Of a stretch of 64,000 nucleotides of DNA, positions 56,615 to 64,000 are shown in pieces. The stretch spans positions 9,303-73,302 of the forward strand of contig JBEKUZ010000008.1 of NCBI GenBank assembly GCA_049514515.1, read 5' to 3'. Below the pieces are notes generated by a model. The model saw only the letters and a list, made by a program, of their open reading frames with translations. It had not been told where the DNA came from and ran no database searches. Numbering within the stretch: position 1 is the first letter of the stretch; each line of letters begins with the position of its first letter. The position numbers and the translations under genes are program-made. Origin of the DNA: Thermodesulfobacteriota bacterium. Lineage in GTDB: Bacteria; Desulfobacterota; BSN033; UBA1163.

Positions 56615-59131
56615 ATGAGAATAAAAAATGTATGGTCAAAGTTATTGTTGTTGATGGCAGGTGCTTACCTGCTCATCCCCCTCGCGGCTTTTGCCAGCGA
56701 GGCGGATCTCGCGATACCCGACTTGCATAAAGGTGCTCCCTATACCCACCTGGGCGGGATAAGGCCGTGGTATCTTCTCTTCTATGGCGCGTGCATCATC
56801 GCAGGTACACTTGGAATCAGCTTATTTCTGCGCCACCAGGTCAAGAAGCTGCGAGCCCATGAGTCGATGCTCAAAGTGTCCGAAACCATCTTTCAGACCT
56901 GCCGCACCTATCTGATCCAGCAGGGCAAATTTCTGATCATGCTGTTCCTGTTTATTGCCGCCGCCATGACCTTCTATTTTCTGGCCCTGAAGGGCGAGGG
57001 GATCCCCACTCTGCTGCTGGTCTTGTTCTTCTCGGTGGTGGGTATGGGCGGTTCCTATACCGTGGCCTGGTACGGCATTCGAATCAACACCTATGCGAAC
57101 TCCCGTACCGCTTTTGCCTCGCTCGCAGGGAAGCCCTGGGATGTGGTAAATATTCCTCTTCGCTCCGGGATGAGCGTTGGGCTTTTCCTCATTTCCCTCG
57201 AACTTGTCATGATGGTGATCATTCTTCTCTTCGTACCCCGTAACATCGTCGGCTACTGCTTTCTTGGATTTGCCATCGGTGAATCTTTGGCCGCCTCCGC
57301 GCTGCGGATCGCCGGAGGTATCTTCACGAAGATCGCTGACATCGGCTCCGACCTCATGAAAATTGTTTTCAAGGTGAAGGAAGACGACCCACGTAACCCT
57401 GGTGTGATTGCTGACTGCACGGGTGACAATGCGGGCGATAGCGTGGGCCCCACGGCAGACGGTTTCGAGACCTATGGCGTTACTGGCGTGGCGCTGATCG
57501 TTTTTATCACGCTTGCCGTTATCAGTTCCGACAGCGCGACCAAGGAGGCCATCCAGGGGAAACTCATCGTGTGGATTTTTGCAATGCGGTTTCTCATGGA
57601 CTTCTGCTCCGGGCTTTCCTATTTTGTCAATCAGGCTATCTCTTCCGTAAAATATAGGGGAAAGAAAGAGATCGATTTCGAAGAACCTCTCATGAGGCTG
57701 ATCTGGATCGCCGCCGCGCTGTGCATCAGCACCTCGTTTGTGATGAGCTACCTCCTGATCAGCGATCTCCAGGTTCTGAAAGGGGGCGTGCTTACCCCGA
57801 TGCCCCATGTCTGGTGGCAACTTGCCATGATCATCAGCTGTGGCACTCTGGCAGCGGTTCTCATCCCCGAATTCACCAAGATCTTTACCAGCTCCAAGTC
57901 GAAGCACGTCCAGGAGATTGTGACCGCCTCGCGTGAGGGAGGCGCATCCCTCACCATACTGTCCGGTATCGTTTCCGGCAACTTCAGCGCTTTTTACAAA
58001 GGCATGCTGATCGCCTTCCTCCTGGGCATCGCCTACTTCGTCAGCCTTTTGATTCCAGCCGAGGTGATCAATTATCCATCCATCTTCGCCTTCGGTCTCG
58101 TCGCCTACGGATTCCTCTGTATGGGCCCGGTCAACATCGCTGTCGACTCTTACGGTCCGGTCACGGACAACGCCCAGTCCATATTCGAGCTGGCGCAGAC
58201 CGAAACGATTCCCGGCATCAAAGAAGACATTAAGAAGAATTTCGGGTTTGATCCCAACTTCGAGGAAGGCAAGCATTACCTCGAGGCCAACGACTCCGCG
58301 GGCAATACCTTCAAGGCAACGGCGAAACCGGTGCTCATCGGCACCGCGGTGTGTGGCGCAACAACGATGATCTTCTCGATCATCCTGCTACTCCAGAGCA
58401 AGAACATGCTGAATGTGCAGCTCACCGATGCGCCCATTATTATCGGCCTGATTTGCGGCGGCGCAGTGGTCTACTGGTTCTGTGGGGCCTCCATGCAGGC
58501 GGTTACCACCGGGGCTTATCGGGCGGTCGAGTTCATTAAAAAGAACATGAACCTGGAAAAGACAACAGCCGATATCGAGGATTCCAAGACGGTTGTCAAA
58601 ATCTGTACCCAGTACGCGCAGAAAGGGATGTGGAACATCTTTATCGCCCTGATATCCGTCACACTGGCTTTCGCGCTGCTGAACCCCAATTTCTTCGTTG
58701 CGTATCTGATCTCCATCGCCTGCTTCGGCCTCTTTCAGGCCATTTATATGGCGAACACCGGCGCCGCATGGGACAATGCCAAGAAGATCGTTGAAGTCGA
58801 CCTCGACCAGAAAGGCACGCCGCTCCACGCCGCGACGGTGATTGGCGACACGGTGGGCGATCCCTTCAAGGATACCTCTTCCGTATCCCTGAACCCTATC
58901 ATCAAGTTCTCCACTCTGTTTGGCCTGCTTGCGACCGAAATTGCGATCGCGATGGCGGTAGACGCGAAGGAGGCCAGTTCCACAAACTACGCTCCCTATA
59001 TCGCTATTCCGCTGTTTATCGTGGGGCTCATCTTCGTGTGGCGTTCATTCTACAAGATGAGGATACCAATAGAGCCAGCCGCCGAAAAACTGCCAACGGC
59101 GGAAGTAAAGATCGCTCACGTCCACGAATAA
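56615..59131 (+). CDS. hppA: Membrane-integral H+-translocating pyrophosphatase, K+-independent type
   Basis: 838 aa. DCTGDNAGDSVGP, DSYGPVTDNA, GDTVGDPFKDT motifs. GNTFKATAKP carries Lys at the A/K position of the GNTT(A/K)A motif. Confidence 0.9.
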   Translation: MRIKNVWSKLLLLMAGAYLLIPLAAFASEADLAIPDLHKGAPYTHLGGIRPWYLLFYGACIIAGTLGISLFLRHQVKKLRAHESMLKVSETIFQTCRTYLIQQGKFLIMLFLFIAAAMTFYFLALKGEGIPTLLLVLFFSVVGMGGSYTVAWYGIRINTYANSRTAFASLAGKPWDVVNIPLRSGMSVGLFLISLELVMMVIILLFVPRNIVGYCFLGFAIGESLAASALRIAGGIFTKIADIGSDLMKIVFKVKEDDPRNPGVIADCTGDNAGDSVGPTADGFETYGVTGVALIVFITLAVISSDSATKEAIQGKLIVWIFAMRFLMDFCSGLSYFVNQAISSVKYRGKKEIDFEEPLMRLIWIAAALCISTSFVMSYLLISDLQVLKGGVLTPMPHVWWQLAMIISCGTLAAVLIPEFTKIFTSSKSKHVQEIVTASREGGASLTILSGIVSGNFSAFYKGMLIAFLLGIAYFVSLLIPAEVINYPSIFAFGLVAYGFLCMGPVNIAVDSYGPVTDNAQSIFELAQTETIPGIKEDIKKNFGFDPNFEEGKHYLEANDSAGNTFKATAKPVLIGTAVCGATTMIFSIILLLQSKNMLNVQLTDAPIIIGLICGGAVVYWFCGASMQAVTTGAYRAVEFIKKNMNLEKTTADIEDSKTVVKICTQYAQKGMWNIFIALISVTLAFALLNPNFFVAYLISIACFGLFQAIYMANTGAAWDNAKKIVEVDLDQKGTPLHAATVIGDTVGDPFKDTSSVSLNPIIKFSTLFGLLATEIAIAMAVDAKEASSTNYAPYIAIPLFIVGLIFVWRSFYKMRIPIEPAAEKLPTAEVKIAHVHE

Positions 59132-59183
59132 ACCTATGGAGCAGGACGGCCTGCCTGCGCTTGGCATAGAGTAGATATCAAAA

Positions 59184-59217
59184 GCCCTCACCCTCTTCAG
59201 GATGAGGGCTTTTTTAT
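59184..59217 (+). terminator. Intrinsic terminator after hppA
   Basis: gccctcaccctcttcaggatgagggc followed by ttttttatt. Confidence 0.7.
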
Positions 59218-59364
59218 TGGCGAAAGCAACAGCTGGGTTTGAAAGATTAGTTCTGAAAGGTCACATTTTCTTCAGATTCGCCGATTTCGTGCAGGATTGA
59301 TTTTTTCTACGACCTCAACGCACGGCGGGCAATCGCCCATCCGCACGGGTGAGTTATTAACCTT

Positions 59365-60087
59365 TTATTTTTTCCCTCCGTACATTGTAAATATCCCATA
59401 TTTATAGAAGCAATCCACATCCTTAAATCCAATAGCCTGTAGTAGGTTGAGTTGTGCAGTTAAAACGTCAGGCTTGTTATCTGCATTGTCTTTATATTTC
59501 CAAACAATGTCTTCATAATGGCCGCCCTCAATCCCTAAAAATGATTTTCTTTCATCAATCCATTGCTTCCAAAGTAAAAGATACCACTGCTCAAGTGCGT
59601 CTGAGGGAGCAAGGACAACATCGATATTCAAAAAATAGCCGTCAACCTTCAAGTGGGAGTAAATGGTCCTGAATAAGACCGTTTTCTCCTCCATCGTCAG
59701 ATGATGGATCGCCAGTGAAGAAACTATGAAATCATAATTTTGGAGAAGAGTGGTTTTGTTGAGAAGCTCTTGAAAACTTGCTCGGATAAAATGAACATTT
59801 TTAAAATCTTTCAGCCGATCCTTAGCCCTATTCAGCATATCTTCAGAGCCATCTATCAAAGTGGCCTCTATTGAATTATCAATTTTTAAAAGCTCATCTA
59901 TGACAATTCCGTCTCCGCACCCAAGGTCAAGAATACTGCTATTTCGTTTATTGCTGTTGAAATGCTTATAAAAAGACTTCAAAATTTCAAGCAGTCTCTT
60001 CCGCTCCACGATGTAAACATCAGCACTATCCCTGTATTCCTGCGTATATTCTGGCTTCGCCCATTGTAGATCGTTAAATTCTGTCAT
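59365..60087 (-). CDS. Class I SAM-dependent methyltransferase
   Basis: ILDLGCGDGIV motif I. Confidence 0.8.
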   Translation of the reverse strand: MTEFNDLQWAKPEYTQEYRDSADVYIVERKRLLEILKSFYKHFNSNKRNSSILDLGCGDGIVIDELLKIDNSIEATLIDGSEDMLNRAKDRLKDFKNVHFIRASFQELLNKTTLLQNYDFIVSSLAIHHLTMEEKTVLFRTIYSHLKVDGYFLNIDVVLAPSDALEQWYLLLWKQWIDERKSFLGIEGGHYEDIVWKYKDNADNKPDVLTAQLNLLQAIGFKDVDCFYKYGIFTMYGGKK

Positions 60088-60167
60088 AAATATACTTTCT
60101 CGATTTTAGGTTAACGCTACGGGCCGCCGGGAGCTGGATATATTGCCTATTGCGGTGTACGCCATGG

Positions 60168-60803
60168 TTATGTGAAAACTGCCTTTTTGACGGCTCTTGC
60201 ACTTGTTACCTGGACACCGATGCTCGACATTTCTTCCTTTCCCTTGGCGTATAAACCAGAAATAGCATCCTCCACCAATGCGATCTTGAAGTCTCGTTCG
60301 CTTGCCTGGTAAATCGATGTTCTTGGACAATTCGGAAAATTACACCCGACGAACACAAGAGTGTCTACCCCGAGCTTGCTTAGGTGGGAGTCGAGTGGCG
60401 TATTGTAAAAAGCTCCCCACCTTGGCTTATACATTACAACCTCGTGGCTGCTGATTTCCTGCACCTTCCCGGACAGAAGCAAGTCAAAATTCAAACGGAC
60501 AGGACGTCGAAATATCTCGGATGCCAATTCACAGCCAGAGGTACCCTCCAATAGTATTTGCGCCCCGTTCTCAACAGCCTCTTTGCGGCACAAGTCAACA
60601 TTGCTTCCATCTTTCTTGTATATCCTGACGATATGCACGATGGGCATTCTTTGGTCTCGATAGGCGTCCAACACCATCTTCATGTTTGGCAAAGCCGCCG
60701 ACGTCCCGGGGATTTCGAAAGGTTGCCCGTCGAGCGTGTCACGCTGGGTATCAATTGAGATCAGGGCCGATGATCTAAAACTTGGTTCGCTATATTTCTT
60801 CAC
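60168..60803 (-). CDS. Isochorismatase-family cysteine hydrolase
   Basis: ALISIDTQ (Asp), YKPRWGAF (Lys), VGCNFPNCPR (Cys). Confidence 0.8.
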   Translation of the reverse strand: MKKYSEPSFRSSALISIDTQRDTLDGQPFEIPGTSAALPNMKMVLDAYRDQRMPIVHIVRIYKKDGSNVDLCRKEAVENGAQILLEGTSGCELASEIFRRPVRLNFDLLLSGKVQEISSHEVVMYKPRWGAFYNTPLDSHLSKLGVDTLVFVGCNFPNCPRTSIYQASERDFKIALVEDAISGLYAKGKEEMSSIGVQVTSARAVKKAVFT

Positions 60804-60866
60804 CTTAATGCTCTCCTTGTCCCTATTTCTTACACGTATTTCTTAGGGGAGAAAGGACGTAAAGGG

Positions 60867-61196
60867 TTATGGCCAATTCAAATCGAAGGCGTTCTTGATC
60901 AGTTCGATTTCTTCTCCCTTTTGCCCGAGGAGAATGGCCACCACATCAAACCGAGCTTTCACGTCTTCAAGCTTTTTCTCTTTTAAGAAATTGAGGGCTA
61001 CTTTGGAAAGTTGCCTTTGCTTAAAATTAGTCACGGCCAGCTGGGGAGGACCAAAGTGCATTGATGTCCGAGTCTTCACCTCAATAAAGACCAGGGTGTC
61101 TTTCTCTTTGGCAATAAGGTCCATTTCCCCCAACTTGCACACATAATTTGTTTCAATGATCCGATACCCTTTCTTCTTCAAAAATCGAAGGGCCAC
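60867..61196 (-). CDS. yraN: YraN-family (UPF0102) endonuclease-like protein
   Basis: FLKKKGYRIIETNY...GEMDLIAKEKDTLVFIEVKTR. The conserved LGKKGEE lies upstream of the GTG in frame, so the real start is uncertain. Confidence 0.75.
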   Translation of the reverse strand: MALRFLKKKGYRIIETNYVCKLGEMDLIAKEKDTLVFIEVKTRTSMHFGPPQLAVTNFKQRQLSKVALNFLKEKKLEDVKARFDVVAILLGQKGEEIELIKNAFDLNWP

Positions 61197-61237
61197 CTCC
61201 TCGCCCTTCTTCCCGAGTTCTTTCTTTTCTGTTCGTG

Positions 61238-61317
61238 GTCCGTGTCCGTGATCCGTGTCCGTAACAAATCCTCCCTTTCTCCCTGTCTCCCTATCTCCTT
61301 ATCTCCCCGTCTCCCTA
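61238..61317. repeat. Short tandem heptamer-like repeats (gtccgtg x3; tctccct-type x about 7)
   Basis: gtccgtgtccgtgatccgtgtccgt and ctccctttctccctgtctccctatctccttatctccccgtctccctatc, between the rnhB stop and yraN. Confidence 0.7.
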
Positions 61318-61950
61318 TCAAAGGTATTCTTTCACTCCTCGAAAGGTTTTTCGATGGAGCTCGCAGACACCGAATTCTTCAATCGCACTCCGATGTTCCT
61401 TTGTCCCATAACCTTTATGTCTCGCAAAATTATACTGAGGATATTTCTGGTGGCATTCCAGCATCATTCGGTCCCGAGTCACTTTGGCGACGATGGAAGC
61501 TGCCGCAATAGAGTTACTGAGCTGGTCGCCTTTTCGGATGGGTTTCTGAGGAATGGGAAATGTAATACCTTGAAGACCGTCAATCAGAATGAAATCCGGA
61601 GGCGGGGAAAGGTTTCCAATGGCCAGAGCCATGGCTTTTAGCGTCGCCTGGAGAATATTGATGCGATCGATCTCCTCCTGTCCAACGACCCCAACCCCCA
61701 CACCCAAGGCTTCATTCAGGATCGAAGAGTAAAGTTCTTCCCGCTTTTTCGAAGAGATTTGTTTGGAGTCGAAGAGTTGGGGGCCTATCCCATCCTTAGG
61801 CAGAATAACAGCTGCTGCGACCACCGGCCCGGCTAAGGGCCCTCTTCCCACCTCATCCACACCGGCAATCTTTTGGTAGCCCCGGCGATAGTACATCTTT
61901 TCGAAATAATCCATGGGCTGGAGTGGAAGGGATGGAAATAGCATAAACAA
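61318..61950 (-). CDS. rnhB: Ribonuclease HII
   Basis: IAGVDEVGRGPLAGPVV, ...ASIVAKV. Confidence 0.95.
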   Translation of the reverse strand: MFMLFPSLPLQPMDYFEKMYYRRGYQKIAGVDEVGRGPLAGPVVAAAVILPKDGIGPQLFDSKQISSKKREELYSSILNEALGVGVGVVGQEEIDRINILQATLKAMALAIGNLSPPPDFILIDGLQGITFPIPQKPIRKGDQLSNSIAAASIVAKVTRDRMMLECHQKYPQYNFARHKGYGTKEHRSAIEEFGVCELHRKTFRGVKEYL

Positions 61951-62038
61951 TGAAACTAAGTAGAAGGCAGTTGGCGGTAAGCAGAAAAAAATTCGATCCT
62001 TCGCTGCTTACTGCATGCTGCTTTCTGCATCCTGATTG

Positions 62039-62392
62039 TTAGGCGACCTGTTTCTTTTCGCCCCGAATACGCGCTGCCTTCCCTCTCAGGCCTCGAAGAT
62101 AGAAGAGTTTAGCCCGTCTCACCTTTCCATGGCTGATCACATCGATCCGGTCGAGACGGGGTGAATGGAGGGGGAAAACTCTCTCGACGCCGATCCCGTA
62201 GGAGATTTTCCTCACAGTGAAGGTGGATCGAATCCCTCCTCTTTTCTTACGAATGACCACTCCTTCGAAGGGCTGTATTCTTTCCTTCTCTCCCTCTACG
62301 ATCTTCACATGGACCCTTATCGTATCTCCCACCCTGAAATCAGGAAGATCCGTCCTGAGCTGCTCCCTCTCAACCAATTCCATCGGATTCAT
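62039..62392 (-). CDS. rplS: 50S ribosomal protein L19
   Basis: [31 protein letters not shown]. Confidence 0.95.
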   Translation of the reverse strand: MNPMELVEREQLRTDLPDFRVGDTIRVHVKIVEGEKERIQPFEGVVIRKKRGGIRSTFTVRKISYGIGVERVFPLHSPRLDRIDVISHGKVRRAKLFYLRGLRGKAARIRGEKKQVA

Positions 62393-62424
62393 CTTCTTCT
62401 TCCTTTCTAATCAGTTTCGGAATG

Positions 62425-62472
62425 CCCCCTCACCCTCCCCTCTCCCCGCTGGGGAGAGGGCGGGGTGAGGGG
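62425..62472. repeat. PU palindromic repeat, copy 8
   Basis: ccccctcaccctcccctctccccgctggggagagggcggggtgagggg. Confidence 0.85.
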
Positions 62473-62481
62473 AACCCGCGA

Positions 62482-63057
62482 TCACGAACGATCCCCTAAT
62501 AATCGATCCAAGATAATCGCTACGGCGGACCGAACGGAAAGGTGATTATAGCCTCTTCCTTCAATCGGCGCCAGCACGTAATCGGAACCGTCCTTCACTT
62601 CCTGAGTTAAACCCCATCCCGTTCCAAAAAGAATAATAAACGGGGTGCTCTCATCTTTCAATAACTTCTTTAAGAATCCAAAATCTATACTTTTCGGATG
62701 GGGGGAGGCTCCTGTGGCAACCCTCTGGGCTTTTGTCTTCCAGAGATCGGAAATCTCTTGCTCGGCTTCGTCAATGCTCCGTGAGACCCGGACAAGAGAC
62801 AGAGATTCCTTTCTCGTTGGATTATAAATTGATCCGATGCCCACCACCCAATGGCGAATGATCCTCTCTGCTAACTCAACCTGGCTCGCCAAGGGAGTGA
62901 TAATGAAGAAACCTCCTATTCCAAACGTCTTCGCACACCGTGCAATGTCGTGAATATCGAAATTGGTAAGGGCTGTAGCGACTACCTCTTTTTTCTTGTC
63001 ATAGATCGGATAGTGAACCAACCCTATATAGAGATTAGACCCCATGCCAGCACTCAT
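62482..63057 (-). CDS. Predicted SPOUT-type RNA methyltransferase (PF09936-like)
   Basis: 191 aa. YIGLVHYPIYDKKKEVVATALTNFDIHDIAR and ILFGTGWGL...GYNHLSVRSAVAIILDRL. Conserved position between trmD and rplS. Confidence 0.6.
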   Translation of the reverse strand: MSAGMGSNLYIGLVHYPIYDKKKEVVATALTNFDIHDIARCAKTFGIGGFFIITPLASQVELAERIIRHWVVGIGSIYNPTRKESLSLVRVSRSIDEAEQEISDLWKTKAQRVATGASPHPKSIDFGFLKKLLKDESTPFIILFGTGWGLTQEVKDGSDYVLAPIEGRGYNHLSVRSAVAIILDRLLGDRS

Positions 63058-63094
63058 TCCCGCTTCGATATATCTTCGGCCAGGGACTTCCGTT

Positions 63095-63208
63095 CCCCCT
63101 CACCCTCGCCCTCTCCCGCCAGGGGAGAGGGGGATATCCGCATTCCGCAATCCGCCGTGCACCACGTCGGGTGCACGGCAGCCCTGAACCGCACATGGTT
63201 CAGGGCGC
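63095..63208. repeat. Repeat cluster: PU copy 9 (truncated), cgcaatccgc unit, two-hairpin unit
   Basis: ccccctcaccctcgccctctcccgccaggggagaggggg; atccgcattccgcaatccgcc; gcaccacgtcgggtgc...gccctgaaccgcacatggttcagggc. Confidence 0.75.
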
Positions 63209-63214
63209 AATCTA

Positions 63215-63970
63215 TTATTGGCAATCACTCTTTGAATCATTTTTGCGAATCTCTTTTAAGAGTCCCCGGTCCTCCTCGGAGAGATTGGCCTTGGCTAACA
63301 GATCCGGCCGCCTCAACGACGTTCGCCTCAGTGCTTCTTTTCTCCTCCACAGAGAAATGGCTGAATGATTCCCGGAAAGGAGGACCTCTGGAACGCAACT
63401 CCCCCTGAAATCAGATGGCCGCGTATACTGGGGATATTCTAAGAGAGAGTCGAAGAAGGAATCCTCCTCGGCGGAGCGATCAGATCCCAAAACCCCGGGA
63501 ATGAACCTTGAGACGGCGTCGATGAGGACCATGGCTGCCAATTCCCCCCCTGTCAAGACATAGTCCCCAATTGAAATCTCTTCATCGATAAAGAGCTTTC
63601 TGGCCCTCTCATCCACGCCCTCATATCGGCCGCAGAGAAGGATGAGATGGGGCTGAGTGGAAAGCCTGCGAGCCAAATCCTGGTTGAAGGGGTTCCCCTG
63701 GGGAGTCAAGTAAACTGTCCACGCAGATGGATTTTTAGACTTGACCGATTCGATGGCCCGGGCAATGGGCTCCACTTTCATCACCATCCCCTGGCCTCCC
63801 CCATACGGAGTGTCGTCCACCACCTGATGTTTATCCAGTGAGAAATCCCGGATGTTGATCGTTTGGACCTGGATGAGCCCTTTCTCAGCGGCCTTGCCTA
63901 AGATGCTTTCCTCCAGAGGGGACGAGAACATCCTAGGAAAGAGGGTAAGAATATCAAACCTCATCTTCAT
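63215..63970 (-). CDS. trmD: tRNA (guanine37-N1)-methyltransferase
   Basis: [13 protein letters not shown]..., [20 protein letters not shown]. Confidence 0.95.
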   Translation of the reverse strand: MKMRFDILTLFPRMFSSPLEESILGKAAEKGLIQVQTINIRDFSLDKHQVVDDTPYGGGQGMVMKVEPIARAIESVKSKNPSAWTVYLTPQGNPFNQDLARRLSTQPHLILLCGRYEGVDERARKLFIDEEISIGDYVLTGGELAAMVLIDAVSRFIPGVLGSDRSAEEDSFFDSLLEYPQYTRPSDFRGSCVPEVLLSGNHSAISLWRRKEALRRTSLRRPDLLAKANLSEEDRGLLKEIRKNDSKSDCQ

Positions 63971-64000
63971 CCTCCCACAAGCCCTCCTTCCGGATGACTT
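63954..64000 (-). CDS. rimM: Probable 3' end of rimM (partial)
   Basis: Open frame ...[14 protein letters not shown]-stop overlapping the trmD start. The call rests mainly on the conserved rimM-trmD order. Confidence 0.35.
   Translation of the reverse strand, partial: VIRKEGLWEDEDEV

Noticed and set aside
14047-63133. CRISPR array formed by the recurring GGGGAGAGGG/CCCCTCACCC repeats
   Set aside because: The copies are kilobases apart, each is an internal palindrome, there is no regular repeat-spacer periodicity, and no cas genes are present.

Overview
Bacterial chromosomal window with about 55 protein genes. I saw no rRNA, tRNA or CRISPR array.

- **Left 12.8 kb.** Hand-counted 60-nt lines give about 60% GC. 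It encodes a partial TonB-dependent receptor, an OprB-like porin, a PagL-like OM deacylase, TatA, a czcCBA-type RND efflux pump and a PAS-kinase/LuxR-regulator pair.
- **From about 12.9 kb rightwards.** Sampled lines give about 40-53% GC, and from about 14.05 kb the intergenic DNA is packed with several palindromic repeat families. One family is a REP doublet flanking a RAYT (IS200-like Y1) transposase.

Two accessory regions stand out.

1. **14.2-18.2 kb, defence-type island.** Six co-directional genes: two AbiU2-like HEPN-motif proteins flank a 3'-truncated N4/N6 DNA methyltransferase, a PLD(HKD) nuclease with a C-terminal Mrr_N-like winged helix, a small Cys-rich protein and an HNH_2 nuclease.
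2. **21.2-38.2 kb, 17-kb minus-strand gene array.** It has four paralogous B12-binding radical SAM enzymes, a SPASM-type radical SAM enzyme, and a split BcrAD-type ATPase with two DUF2229/HgdB-like subunits (PlsA/Ger-like). It also has a dedicated ACP, a divergent FabD-like acyltransferase, FabG, a hotdog thioesterase, an LpxL-like acyltransferase, a GT2 and an ATP-grasp enzyme. No ketosynthase is present. I interpret it as an uncharacterised lipid or acyl-chain tailoring system. This is my best candidate for the undescribed system.

The rest is housekeeping: radC, tatC/tatA, the livJHMGF ABC operon, PAS kinases, a PIN protein, thiD-thiC behind a TPP riboswitch, a K+-independent-type H+-PPase, and rimM-trmD-SPOUT-rplS-rnhB-yraN.

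Two promoter-plus-terminator-bounded candidate structured RNAs of unknown class lie at 3.1-3.4 kb and 47.7-47.9 kb.
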